A stretch of DNA of 64,000 nucleotides from Octopus sinensis (Eukaryota), in contig NC_043000.1 of the NCBI RefSeq assembly GCF_006345805.1, positions 88,412,001 to 88,476,000 of the forward strand. The letters are read 5' to 3'. Positions 13,210-23,937 of this stretch are shown piece after piece. The translations under genes were made by a program, and so were the position numbers. The first letter of the stretch is position 1. Each line of letters opens with the position of its first letter. Under the pieces are notes generated by a model. It had not been told where the DNA came from. It saw nothing but the letters and a program-made list of their open reading frames with translations, and searched no databases.

Positions 13210-14025
13210 ATATATTGAATGTGTTTGTACCTATAGAAACGAAGCTAAAGCACGCATAGTAAAGCCAGTTGACACAGATCGGTCTTAAGCTGTGCTGTGT
13301 ATGCGCAATAAGTTTTAACGTTCTGGCTTACTTCTGATGTTTGCAGCAGTGCTTGGAAGGAAGGGTGTGTAGCGTGTGATGCATCAACTTTTGCCGAAAG
13401 CTTGGTGATACCTGTTCAGAGGCCTACGCAATTTTTTCAAAAAGTTTCATCGTTCTCGACACAATTAAGGAGACCTTGTGCAACTGAAACCCGAGTGTCT
13501 CCTTGGCCAGCTGAAAGCAGTTTTGGCACAAATTTGGTAGACACGTGTTTTATACCCAAATCTTCAGTGATAATGAACTGAACTGAACCGTAACTAATCT
13601 GCATATCCCCTTATAACTCACAGTTGGTGATTCGACGACTTCCCCTCACAGCTGCAGGCACATCTATTTTTCTCAGTTCTGTTGGTTGCGAGTCTCCCAG
13701 AACGTTCGTCAATATCGACAGTTTTCGACCACTCGTGCACATGTGTGCGGCTCATACACTCCTCTCCATACTCTTTCCGCAACTTTGCGTAAGTATTTGA
13801 GCAGGTATTACTACGATAACTTTCTCTGCCATAGTCAATGCGACGATCACACACTACACACCTTCCTTCCAATCACTATACAACGGAAGTGAGCTATAAC
13901 GTTAAAACTTAGTGCGCATGCACAGCAGAGTTCAAGGTCAATTTTTGCCAAGCGGCATTTCTCTGCGTGATTTAGCTTTTGTTATTACTATATCAACAGT
14001 CTGGATACTTATGTATCGGACATTA
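13210..14025 (-). mobile_element. Mariner-derived non-autonomous element with long (~200 bp) imperfect inverted ends
   Basis: Minus frame TYAKLRKEYGEECMSRTHVHEW...DERSGRLAT is a mariner HTH region. 13345-13380 (cagtgcttggaaggaagggtgtgtagcgtgtgat) is inverted at 13835-13877. Same family as 41061-41810. Confidence 0.8.
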
Positions 14026-14027
14026 TA

Positions 14028-14072
<45 letters not shown>

Positions 14073-14192
14073 CAATTTAGGAATGGCCTAAACAGGCCAT
14101 TCGTCCACCAGAAAGAGCAGCCAGAACTCCAACCGCCAAGTAGTGCAATTCGGAAATAAGGTGAAAATTTAAAAACGTTTACCCTAATTCAT

Positions 14193-14291
14193 CTTTTATA
14201 CGATGCATCGTTTCAGTGTCTTTAATGATAGACCAGCTTAATTAAATTAAATTAAGCTAGTCTACCATAGGTCACACTTCATCAGTAAAAG
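14193..14291 (-). ncRNA. Type I hammerhead ribozyme, copy 1 (GUA cleavage between 14199 and 14198)
   Basis: Minus strand: stem I CUUUUA/UAAAAG; CUGAUGA; stem II AGUGU/ACACU with an 18-bp extension; GAAA; palindromic stem III CGAUGCAUCG; UA. Confidence 0.85.
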
Positions 14292-14666
14292 AAACCTGGG
14301 AGAGACGGATATACACGAGGCGACTGTATCAATGCCTCGGGAATATCTGTCTTAAAATTTTCAAGACCAACGCATTGGCGCCAAACTTATCGGCAGCAAA
14401 TATAAACTGCCGATTCAATCTCAGAATTAGTCAGAAAATTATCAATTAATCAATTTAGGGTAGCAAAAAATTCAGTAAAAATTTATCGCTACCAGCGGCC
14501 TAGTGGAAAAGAGAAAATAGTCAAAGACTAAATATATATAAATATAACAATTTAGGAATGGCCTAAACAGGCCATTCGTCCACCAGAAAGAGCAGCCAGA
14601 ACTCCAACCGCCAAGTAGTGCAATTCGGAAATAAGGTGAAAATTAAAAACGTTTACCCTAATTCAT

Positions 14667-14763
14667 CTTTTATAAGATGCATCGTTTCAGTGTCTTAATG
14701 ATAGACCAGCTTAATTAAATTAAATAAGCTAGTCTACCATAGGTCACACTTCATCAGTAAAAG
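14667..14763 (-). ncRNA. Hammerhead copy 2 (variant: G16.2 to U, UUA triplet)
   Basis: Same core, but the plus strand reads tataagatgc instead of tatacgatgc, breaking the first C-G pair of stem III. Confidence 0.7.
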
Positions 14764-15255
14764 AAACCTGGGAGAGACGGATATACACGAGGCGACTGTA
14801 TCAATGCCTCGGGAATATCTGTCTTAAAATTTTCAAGACCAATGCATTCGCGCCAAACTTATCGGCAGCAAATATAAACTGCCGATTCAATCTCAGAATT
14901 AGTCAGAAAATTATCAATTAATCAATTTAGGGTAGCAAAAAATTCAGTAAAAATTTATCGCTACCAGCGGCCTAGTGGAAAAGAGAAAATAGTCAATTAG
15001 GGTAAACGTTTTTAAATTTTCACCTTATTTCCGAATTGCACTACTTGGCGGTTGGAGTTCTGGCTGCTCTTTCTGGTGGACGAATGGCCTGTTTAGGCCA
15101 TTCCTAATTGTTATATTTATATATATTTAGTCTTTGACTATTTTCTCTTTTCCACTAGGCCGCTGGTAGCGATAAATTTTTACTGAATTTTTTGCTACCC
15201 TAAATTGATTAATATATATATATATATATATATATATTGTATGTATGTATATATG

Positions 15256-15292
<37 letters not shown>

Positions 15293-15412
15293 ACAATTTA
15301 GGAATGGCCTAAACAGGCCATTCGTCCACCAGAAAGAGCAGCCAGAACTCCAACCGCCAAGTAGTGCATTCGGAAATAAGGTGAAAATTTAAAAACGTTT
15401 ACCCTAATTCAT

Positions 15413-15511
15413 CTTTTATACGATGCATCGTTTCAGTGTCTTTAATGATAGACCAGCTTAATTAAATTAAATTAAGCTAGTCTACCATAGGTCACACTTC
15501 ATCAGTAAAAG
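15413..15511 (-). ncRNA. Hammerhead copy 3 (same core as copy 1)
   Basis: Same sequence as 14193-14291, offset by 1220 bp. Confidence 0.85.
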
Positions 15512-15886
15512 AAACCTGGGAGAGACGGATATACACGAGGCGACTGTATCAATGCCTCGGGAATATCTGTCTTAAAATTTTCAAGACCAACGCATTGGCG
15601 CCAAACTTATCGGCAGCAAATATAAACTGCCGATTCAATCTCAGAATAGTCAGAAAATTATCAATTAATCAATTTAGGGTAGCAAAAAATTCAGTAAAAA
15701 TTTATCGCTACCAGCGGCCTAGTGGAAAAGAGAAAATAGTCAAAGACTAAATATATATAAATATAACAATTTAGGAATGGCCTAAACAGGCCATTCGTCC
15801 ACCAGAAAGAGCAGCCAGAACTCCAACCGCCAAGTAGTGCAATTCGGAAATAAGGTGAAAATTTAAAAACGTTTACCCTAATTCAT

Positions 15887-15985
15887 CTTTTATAAGATGC
15901 ATCGTTTCAGTGTCTTTAATGATAGACCAGCTTAATTAAATTAAATTAAGCTAGTCTACCATAGGTCACACTTCATCAGTAAAAG
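15887..15985 (-). ncRNA. Hammerhead copy 4 (same variant as copy 2)
   Basis: tataagatgcatcgtttcag...cttcatcagtaaaag. Confidence 0.7.
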
Positions 15986-16430
15986 AAACCTGGGAGAGAC
16001 GGATATACACGAGGCGACTGTATCAATGCCTCGGGAATATCTGTCTTAAAATTTTCAAGACCAATGCATTCGCGCCAAACTTATCGGCAGCAAAATAAAC
16101 TGCCGATTCAATCTCAGAATTAGTCAGAAAATTATCAATTAATCAATTTAGGGTAGCAAAAAATTCAGTAAAAATTTATCGCTACCAGCGGCCTAGTGGA
16201 AAAGAGAAAATAGTCAATTAGGGTAAACGTTTTTAAATTTTCACCTTATTTCCGAATTGCACTACTTGGCGGTTGGAGTTCTGGCTGCTCTTTCTGGTGG
16301 ACGAATGGCCTGTTTAGGCCATTCCTAAATTGTTATATTTATATATATTTAGTCTTTGACTATTTTCTCTTTTCCACTAGGCCGCTGGTAGCGATAAATT
16401 TTTACTGAATTTTTTGCTACCCTAAATTGA

Positions 16431-16464
<34 letters not shown>

Positions 16465-17199
16465 ATGTATGTATATATGTATATATATATATATATATAT
16501 ATGTATATGGGGGGGTTGTGAGTGTGTGTACAGCCACGTAATTAATGCTCAGAAAACGATTGTATATACTAACATAAAACATTACTTGTTTGTCATTTGT
16601 TTCATATATATATATATAATGAGAGAGAGAGAGGGGGGAGACAGAAAGAAAGAGAGGGATTATATATAATAATTGCAGTATATATATAACATAATATAAC
16701 GCAACATATGGATAGGTGAGCACCTGAGTATTTGTGCAAGTATTTGTGAGTGCAGGAAAGATATATACATTCAGCATATTTTTATGGAATCTATATATTA
16801 GTTGCAGCTTGACACAGCACCCCATTAGGTATAATTCAAGATACAGAAATGTCTGTATACTTGTGTGTTTGTGTGTATGCCTGAATGTATGTTTACTTTT
16901 GTAATTATATAGATAGAGAGACACACATACATACATACAGATGGATAGATAGACAGACAGATAGATTGATAGATTGATAGATGGATAAATTGATAGGTAT
17001 GTAGATAGATAAAGGAAGTATATAACAAATATGGTAATGATGACAGCGGTTGGATTTTTAATATATTCAGTGTAGTTATACGTATTAGAGACCCTGAGCT
17101 TACAGAAAACAATACGTATTTAGAATCATGGTCTAGAAATGAAACTGTAAAAAAGCGGATTTTTCAGGCATTCCATAATGTTGCATGGCTTCTTGTTAC

Positions 17200-18297
17200 C
17201 TGTGTATTATTTCTTCTTTTTCAGTATTTTCCAGGTTGTGCTCAAGAACTCTTATATGTGTTACATTCTTGGGAATATTTATTTAACAAAATTCCTGGCG
17301 GTGTTCAGTTGGTGATTCTGTGCGAGTAAGGTTAACGTAGGGACTCGTTTGATTTGAGGATTGGGTAAAGACGTTGACGCAGGTAAATTCGGCATCTACA
17401 GCGATATAACATCCTAGATACATAAAGAAAGATACAAGTTTAAAAGAAAATTCTTTTTATTGCTTATAAGTTGGAGAGTATTATCTTGATATAATTCTTT
17501 TTCGATGCCTGTGATGTAAATCTTGAGATCTTGGGCACATGTGAATCTAAACATGTCGTTAACAAATACTGCAGTATTTGTTCCCACACTGACATTGCAG
17601 AATGCATTAAAATTTGTATCTTTCCACATTGTATCATTGGAGTAGATCAATAGTTTCCGTGCATGTCTAAGTATATTTGAATCCATTTCGGAGGCATTTA
17701 TAATCGTTCTGGCAAAATAGACGGCCTTCATGTCTTGTGGTTCGGTCATGCATATAAAGTCATTTGTGAAGTGAAACTGCAAGAATCTAGTTGTAGGCAT
17801 GAACTTAAGCCATATACTCTACTGTTTCAAATTTGCTGCTCGAGGCATAACGGAAGCTGTAGTTTTGATAGTTGTTCATGGTCGGAAGCTATAGTTTTGA
17901 TAGTTGTTCTGATATGGAATTTCAAAAACCCTATATATTAATCAATATACGATTCCAAAGACAGAATCGTTTGATTTCTGGAGATGTATATTTAACTGTG
18001 AAAATATATCTATTCTCTGTCTGGTCATCGTGTTACACCTGTTAGTTGAAGGAGTCTGATTACTGTTAGAAAGAACACTTAAAAATCAGAGAAAAGCCAA
18101 ACTTTAATTGAACATGCTTAATATATAAATTATTGTTGAAATATTCATTTAATCAGATGTTACCTAGGAAGCTAGTCAATTTTCCTTTACCTTGGGGTTT
18201 GAGGCCAGATTAAACCGTTGGGTTTATATGTCTTCAATAAGAGGAGTTAAAGAAGAAATGTAGTTTATAGGATTTATGCAAGTGATCTTATAGTATA
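17200..18297 (-). pseudogene. Four-exon segment of a probable secreted or membrane glycoprotein (pseudo)gene: exons 18297-18191, 18038-17951, 17776-17509, 17413-17200
   Basis: AG acceptors with pyrimidine tracts (ctaactgtttcatAG, ctccttcaactaacAG, ttcttgcAG, tttctttatgtatctAG) and compatible phases 2, 0, 1. The peptide is rich in Cys and N-X-S/T sequons (NDS, NAS, NDT, NVS, NQT, NLT, NVT). Lesions: frameshift in exon 1, GC at the exon 3 donor, TAA at 17285-17283. Confidence 0.55.
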
Positions 18298-18992
18298 CTA
18301 TGAAACAGTTAGGTAAAAAGCCGATACGAGTGGGGCAGCGCAAAAGTATTGGGTGTATGAGTGGAGGAAGTAGATTTGGTAGTTTCTCAGTAGAGAGAGA
18401 CAGTATCAATCTTTCAGCTCCAATGCATAACCATAAACATGTCAAAGAACATAGCATTAAGACAGATATTAATGGTTAGCGAAGGAGAGCGAGCGGGAGG
18501 ATGAAGTGGGGCAAATAAGGAAAATAAACCAGTGCAAAAATAAAAAGAAAAGAGAAAAGAATAAAAATCAATAAACACATTAATAAATAAATGCAAAAGT
18601 AATAAATGATGCAACGCCTGCAAGTTGGCAGCTTTCAAGTATGTAGCACCATCAACATCAGCAACATAATCGTCGTCGTCATCATCACCATCACCTAAAA
18701 AGGACAATATTAGGTGATAAAACTGATAATAGCTATAATATATATATATATGCGAGGGCTGATGAAATAGATAAAGAAATATAATTGTTTTATCAACATC
18801 ACCTCCATTTTCATCACCATCATAATCATCATTATCATGATCTGGGTCAAATTGTGTATACTGAAATTGGATATGCAAAATGGGTGTCAGTGAAAAAATT
18901 TATTATATTTCACTAACTTTAATTACAAATAAAAAGAATAATAATAATGATTATTACTATTCGCGTTAACGACAAGAAAGTTTAAAGACTAA

Positions 18993-19028
<36 letters not shown>

Positions 19029-19032
<4 letters not shown>

Positions 19033-19376
19033 TAAGCAATAAGGGTTAGCAACGAGTTGCCTTACCACATACCGAATTTAGAAATAGCAGTCAAAGGGTT
19101 ATAGCTATTTCTTCTACTAAAAAGGGAGATCTCAGTAAAAACAGCATTTGGAAGCAGACACAAACAGGTAAGAGAGAATGAATTGACTGCAATCTATCAT
19201 ACATTGATAGATTGCAGTCAATTCATTCTCTCTTACCTGTTTGTGTCTGCCTTCCAAATGCTGTTTTTACTGAGATCTCCCTTTTTAGTAGAAGAAATAG
19301 CTATAACCTTTGACTGCTATTTCTAAATTCGGTATGTGGTAAGGCAACTCGTTGCTAAACCCTTATTGCTTAGTAT
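19029..19376. repeat. ~171-bp-arm near-perfect palindrome (5-nt spacer 19200-19204) next to (TA)n
   Basis: actaagcaataagggttagc...caatctatca|tacat|tgatagattg...gctaaacccttattgcttagt; the arms differ only by a few 1-nt indels. Confidence 0.95.
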
Positions 19377-19472
19377 TACTTAAATTTTCCTCGAATGAGG
19401 CTTTTACATGCCGAAGACTACTTGGTGTAATTGATAATTTTTCCAAATTAATTAATTTCACCCTTCATTATT

Positions 19473-19511
<39 letters not shown>

Positions 19512-20029
19512 GGAATATTTGAAAATGCAATTTTAAATATGTTTATTCGCTTGACCGGTTTCACATTTTTAGGAAAAGATTGTCAAAAGTAAAATGTAAA
19601 GCTTTGTATAAGCTTTGTTGTGTTAAGTATTGGTTGTCACAAAAGTATTGAAATACACATATACATTCTTTGATAATAATAAGAAAATGTTAAAAACAGT
19701 TTACAAGAAAGTATTGAAGAAAGCAGTCAACAAAAAAGTATTAGAAGTTCAATAAAAATCATGTTTGTTTGGTAGTATATATATATACACAGAAGGAGAT
19801 ATATTTAAGATTTTGCAAACAATTGGGAGAGAAACCAATCTGTCTTTTTGGCATTTTTTCTGTCTTGTGTCTAGCTAACGAATGTTTGCTATCTTAAGAG
19901 ACAGTGAGAGAATTTGGTTGGAGTGGTGGGAAGGAAGAGCAATGTAGAATTAAAAGTATGTTTTTGTTCCTGGACTAGTCTGTCATGGTTCAGTGGTTTT
20001 GGGGACTGGTCTTAGAGATCAGAGTGGTG

Positions 20030-21030
20030 TAAGTGTGTGTGTCTCTGTGCACATGTCTATGTGTGCGTGTATATACATGTGTTTGTGTATGAGAGCCATT
20101 TTTGATTGGTCCGAGAGTTTATCGTGGCGTGTGTATATGGGTCTGTGTGAGTTTTATATTGGGTAGGATGGTGTGTGTATATGTGTGCACGTTTGTGTGT
20201 GTTTATGTATGTGATTGATATTTGTTAGGGTGTTGTGTATGTGCATGTGTTTGTATGTGTTTGTTCGCGCGTGTATATGTGTGGGTCAGTATATGTGCGT
20301 ATGTATGTTTGTGTGTTTTGTGTTGGTGGCGATGTTATGTGTGTTTACGTGAGTGTGTGTGTGTACGTTCGTGTGTGTGTCTCTGAATATATTTGTGTTG
20401 TTTTGATTGTCCTTGTGGTGTGTGTGTGAGCAACAGTATGTGTGTGAGGGTGCATATGTATGTTTGTGTAGGTTTGTGTGGATGTGTATGTGTGTGAGTG
20501 TGTTGTATTTATCAGGTGTTCTGTGTGTGTCCGTGTGTGTTGGGTTTATCCGGGTGGTATGCATGTCTGAGCATGTGCGTTTCGTGTATGTTGGTACTGA
20601 ATATGCGTTTGTGTGTGTGTGTGTGTGTGTGTATATGTGGGCATGGTTTATGTAGTTTCCGGATGTACGTGTGGGCACATGTGTGTGTGCTGTATTTGTG
20701 AGTGACTTGTTTTGTTTGTATTGTTAGTGCAGTGTCGGTGTATACGTGTGGGAGTGTTTGCGTGAGTATGTCTATGTGTCTTGTATTTGTCGGAGTGGTG
20801 TGTCTCATTGTGTGTACATGTGTGTGTATATAAATACACACACATATACACACAAATATATATAAATACATATAATGTACTAATACGTGGTAGAAGATTC
20901 AACAAAAGAGTACTCCATCTGGTGGGAGATAATTACATACATATATATACATATACATACATACATACATACATACATACATGCATACATATATACATAT
21001 ATATATATGTATGTTTGTATGTATATATAT
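20030..21030. repeat. Degenerate (TG)n/(TA)n low-complexity region
   Basis: Direct reading; source of the HT- and CV-rich ORFs. Confidence 0.9.
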
Positions 21031-21033
21031 ATA

Positions 21034-22190
21034 CAGGGGTGAACAGAATAATGGGAACACCTTAACATTTCAAACAAATTTATTTTAGCATGGGTCAGGA
21101 CTGCCTTTGGCAGTAATTACAGCTTGACTTCTATGAAGGTATTTTTGTCTATTCTTCACCTAAAATACTCTCCAGTTCTTGTAGTGATGATCACGAAGAA
21201 TATCGACTCTTTACTTGTTTTTTTAAAATGCACCATAAATGTTTAATAATATTGAGATCTGGGAATTGTGGTGGTCAGATATGATGTTCAACTTCACTAT
21301 AATGTTCCTCCTGCCATTGAGTAACAACTTTAGATGTGTGAATTGGTGCTTATCTTCATGAAACATGGCTCCCCCCCCCCGGAAAGAGTTCCGCAACCAT
21401 AAGATGAATTCGATCAAATAAAATGCTTAGTCGTGACTATTAATTCTGCAATGAAGGGAAACCATTGGGCTGTATTTGCACGATATAGCCCCCCCCCCCG
21501 ATCAACACTGATCCTCCTCCATGTTTAACGATTGGAAGAAGGCTGTCTGGGTCAAATGCTTCTTCTGGCTGTGTACTCGGCCGGTGGTCGGAAATAAGGT
21601 AAAGGATGACTCGTCCGAGAAAATAACCTTCTTTCACTGCTCCAGGGAACAATTATGTAGGTTTTTACTCCACTCTAAACGCTTTGCAACGTTAGTTTTT
21701 GAAAGTAGTTATTTTCTGATTGCAGCCTCCTGTGAAATCTGGCTTTGTGCAGTTTTATGTGGAAACTTTGTGGAAAGGGGGTCTTCGAGATGGTCATTAA
21801 GCTCTGCTGTAAATTTGGGAGCTATAATTTTGCGATACTTTCTAACAATTCGCCTAAGAATCTCACGGACACCATTTGAAAGTTTTGGTTTTCTTTCGGA
21901 GTGTTGTTTCAAGGAGGAGGTTTCTACCACTTTCTCAAAGACTGTCATTACTTTCGAGACAGTACTTCTTGATACATCAACTATTTCAGCTGTTTTCATT
22001 ACTCTAAACGTCCGATAGAAGTGTCATTTTAATGAAATTCATTACCTTTTTCTGATGATATCTAAAAAGAAAGAGCAATTTTAGCAAAACATATTACGCA
22101 ACACTAATAATAAATAAAAAAGAAAAAGAATAAACAAGCTTTTGACAGTTTTATAGATATTTCAAAATTATGATGCTATGATGCTAGGTG
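21034..22190 (-). mobile_element. Degenerate Tc1-like DNA transposon
   Basis: Minus-strand pieces VDVSRSTVSKVMTVFEK..RKPKLS..LRRIVRK..APKFTAEL and LLPIVKHGGGSVLI, broken by frameshifts. The end TA-caggggtgaacagaataatgggaacacc lies in a (TA)n context. Confidence 0.85.
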
Positions 22191-22521
22191 TATATATACA
22201 TACATACATACATACATATATACATTGATGATTTTTTAAATTAATAAAGAAATTTAACACGAACACTTTATCCAATATTATTAAATTTCCAAATCCCAAT
22301 GAGAAGAACAAAGTGAGTTGTAATTTGCAATTGCGATTATGGAGGCTTTTAAAATATCCGGAATAGTGTGGACTGGAAAGTTATCGTATATTAAATACGA
22401 GTCATATATTATATTGACTGTCATCAGTATTGATGTCAGCATCATTAGCATTGTTTATACATTCTCTTTCCTGCTTAATACAACACACACGTCCTAAAAT
22501 CTATACATGTACAAACATACG

Positions 22522-22548
<27 letters not shown>

Positions 22549-22552
<4 letters not shown>

Positions 22553-22675
22553 TGACGCATATTTGCCATTTGAATATGGCTAACCCCTAAGGGTGGATGC
22601 TACTGTAGTTTGTAGCCCCAGTAGCATCCACCCTTAGGGGTTAGCCATATTCAAATGGCAAATATGCGTCACGAT
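22549..22675. repeat. Perfect 57-bp-arm inverted repeat (13-nt spacer) directly after (TA)n
   Basis: 22549-22605 is the exact reverse complement of 22619-22675. Confidence 0.95.
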
Positions 22676-22715
22676 GTGTTACCACTACTGTTTATAACTC
22701 GCTCTGAGATTTATC

Positions 22716-22752
<37 letters not shown>

Positions 22753-22883
22753 CATAAGGTCGCACGGGGCATCTAACCTGTTTCGAATTAGGAGTCAAAA
22801 CGCCCACAAACCCCCGATAGCACTGATAATATGGCATTGAACAACGACATTAAATACCATTAAAGATAGTGCCATACTGCTAT

Positions 22884-22939
22884 TCGTATACCATAGTTTC
22901 AAATTTTGACCTTGAGGGCCTCAACCCTCTTCAGCACGA
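22884..22939 (-). ncRNA. Candidate degenerate type I hammerhead
   Basis: Minus strand: UCGUG-CUGAAGA-(GGGUUGAGGCCCUCAAGGUCAAAAUUU)-GAAAC-UAUG-GUA/UACGA; the base of stem II is only G-U wobbles. Confidence 0.5.
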
Positions 22940-23837
22940 TTTACCGAGGGGAAAAATTCAAAACACGTCATGTTGAACTCTGGTGGCGTTCTGATTTGTT
23001 TTGCGCGAAAAGCAGAACTGCCTCAGTGCAGAAAAATTCGATAATGAATGAATATCCAGATATTATCATTCTTAATATTATCTGCAGTAAATATAATATA
23101 GTGATAATTCTCTTTCAGAGACTTAGGTTATTAAGTCTGAAATTCTCAGACAAAGAGAATGTATTCAAATGTTTTATATTGTAAAATTCTTAGTTATGCA
23201 TATTTTTCATTAACCGGTATGATGTTTATTGTTTGCATAATTCCTTTTGATTTTCACATTTTTCGGTGTGGATATGCATAAAAAAAACTAAAATCAAGTA
23301 TGCTGCAATAACAAACGTGTCAACCTTTGTTTCGCTTTCTCTCTTCTTTCTTTAAATGCTTTGCCACATTAATTCATCAGAAATTCTACAACCAAGAATT
23401 CAAACGCAACTTTTAAAAATAACTCGCTGTGATGAGCTAAGTTAAGCATTATTTCCATGACAATTTTTTTTCCTGTTATGCACATGGGCTTCGTAGGATG
23501 CCTGAAGATTAGCTCATAGTTCGATAATAAAAGCCATAGCTTACATAAAGTAAATATTGGTAAAGATTTCAATTTCGATATTACACAATGCGCTTCATTT
23601 TGTTTAAAAATAAGAAGTTGAAATAAAACAACGATTGTTTCTTTGGAATAAGAACAAAGATAGGTTTTGTAAGAGCAGGAAGCATAGATAATTGAATTGA
23701 CATGAATAACATTCACGTATCCAAATGATTGCATATTTTCAATTTTATCTCCTCATCTTTCACAGATTTGATGGTTGAAAGGCAACATCAAAACGAATAG
23801 CCCAGGGGGAATTAAAACTTGGAATTGTGTTGCATTA

Positions 23838-23897
23838 ATAATGATGATGATGATGAGGAGGAGGATGGTGATGGTGATGGTGATGATGATGATGATG

Positions 23898-23937
<40 letters not shown>

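Larger units (their letters stand above)
14071..16434 (-). mobile_element. Tandem ~475-bp non-coding, hammerhead-bearing repeat array (retrozyme/PLE-like): [unit-unit-inverted part]-(TA)n-[unit-unit-inverted part]
   Basis: Units start at 14071, 14546, 15292 and 15765. Inverted partial copies lie at 14995-15212 and 16216-16434. (TA)n on both flanks and in the middle. No ORF. Confidence 0.9.

Noticed and set aside
14071-16434. CRISPR-like or satellite interpretation of the repeat array
   Set aside because: Units are ~475 bp with no short repeat/unique spacer pattern, and the context is eukaryotic.
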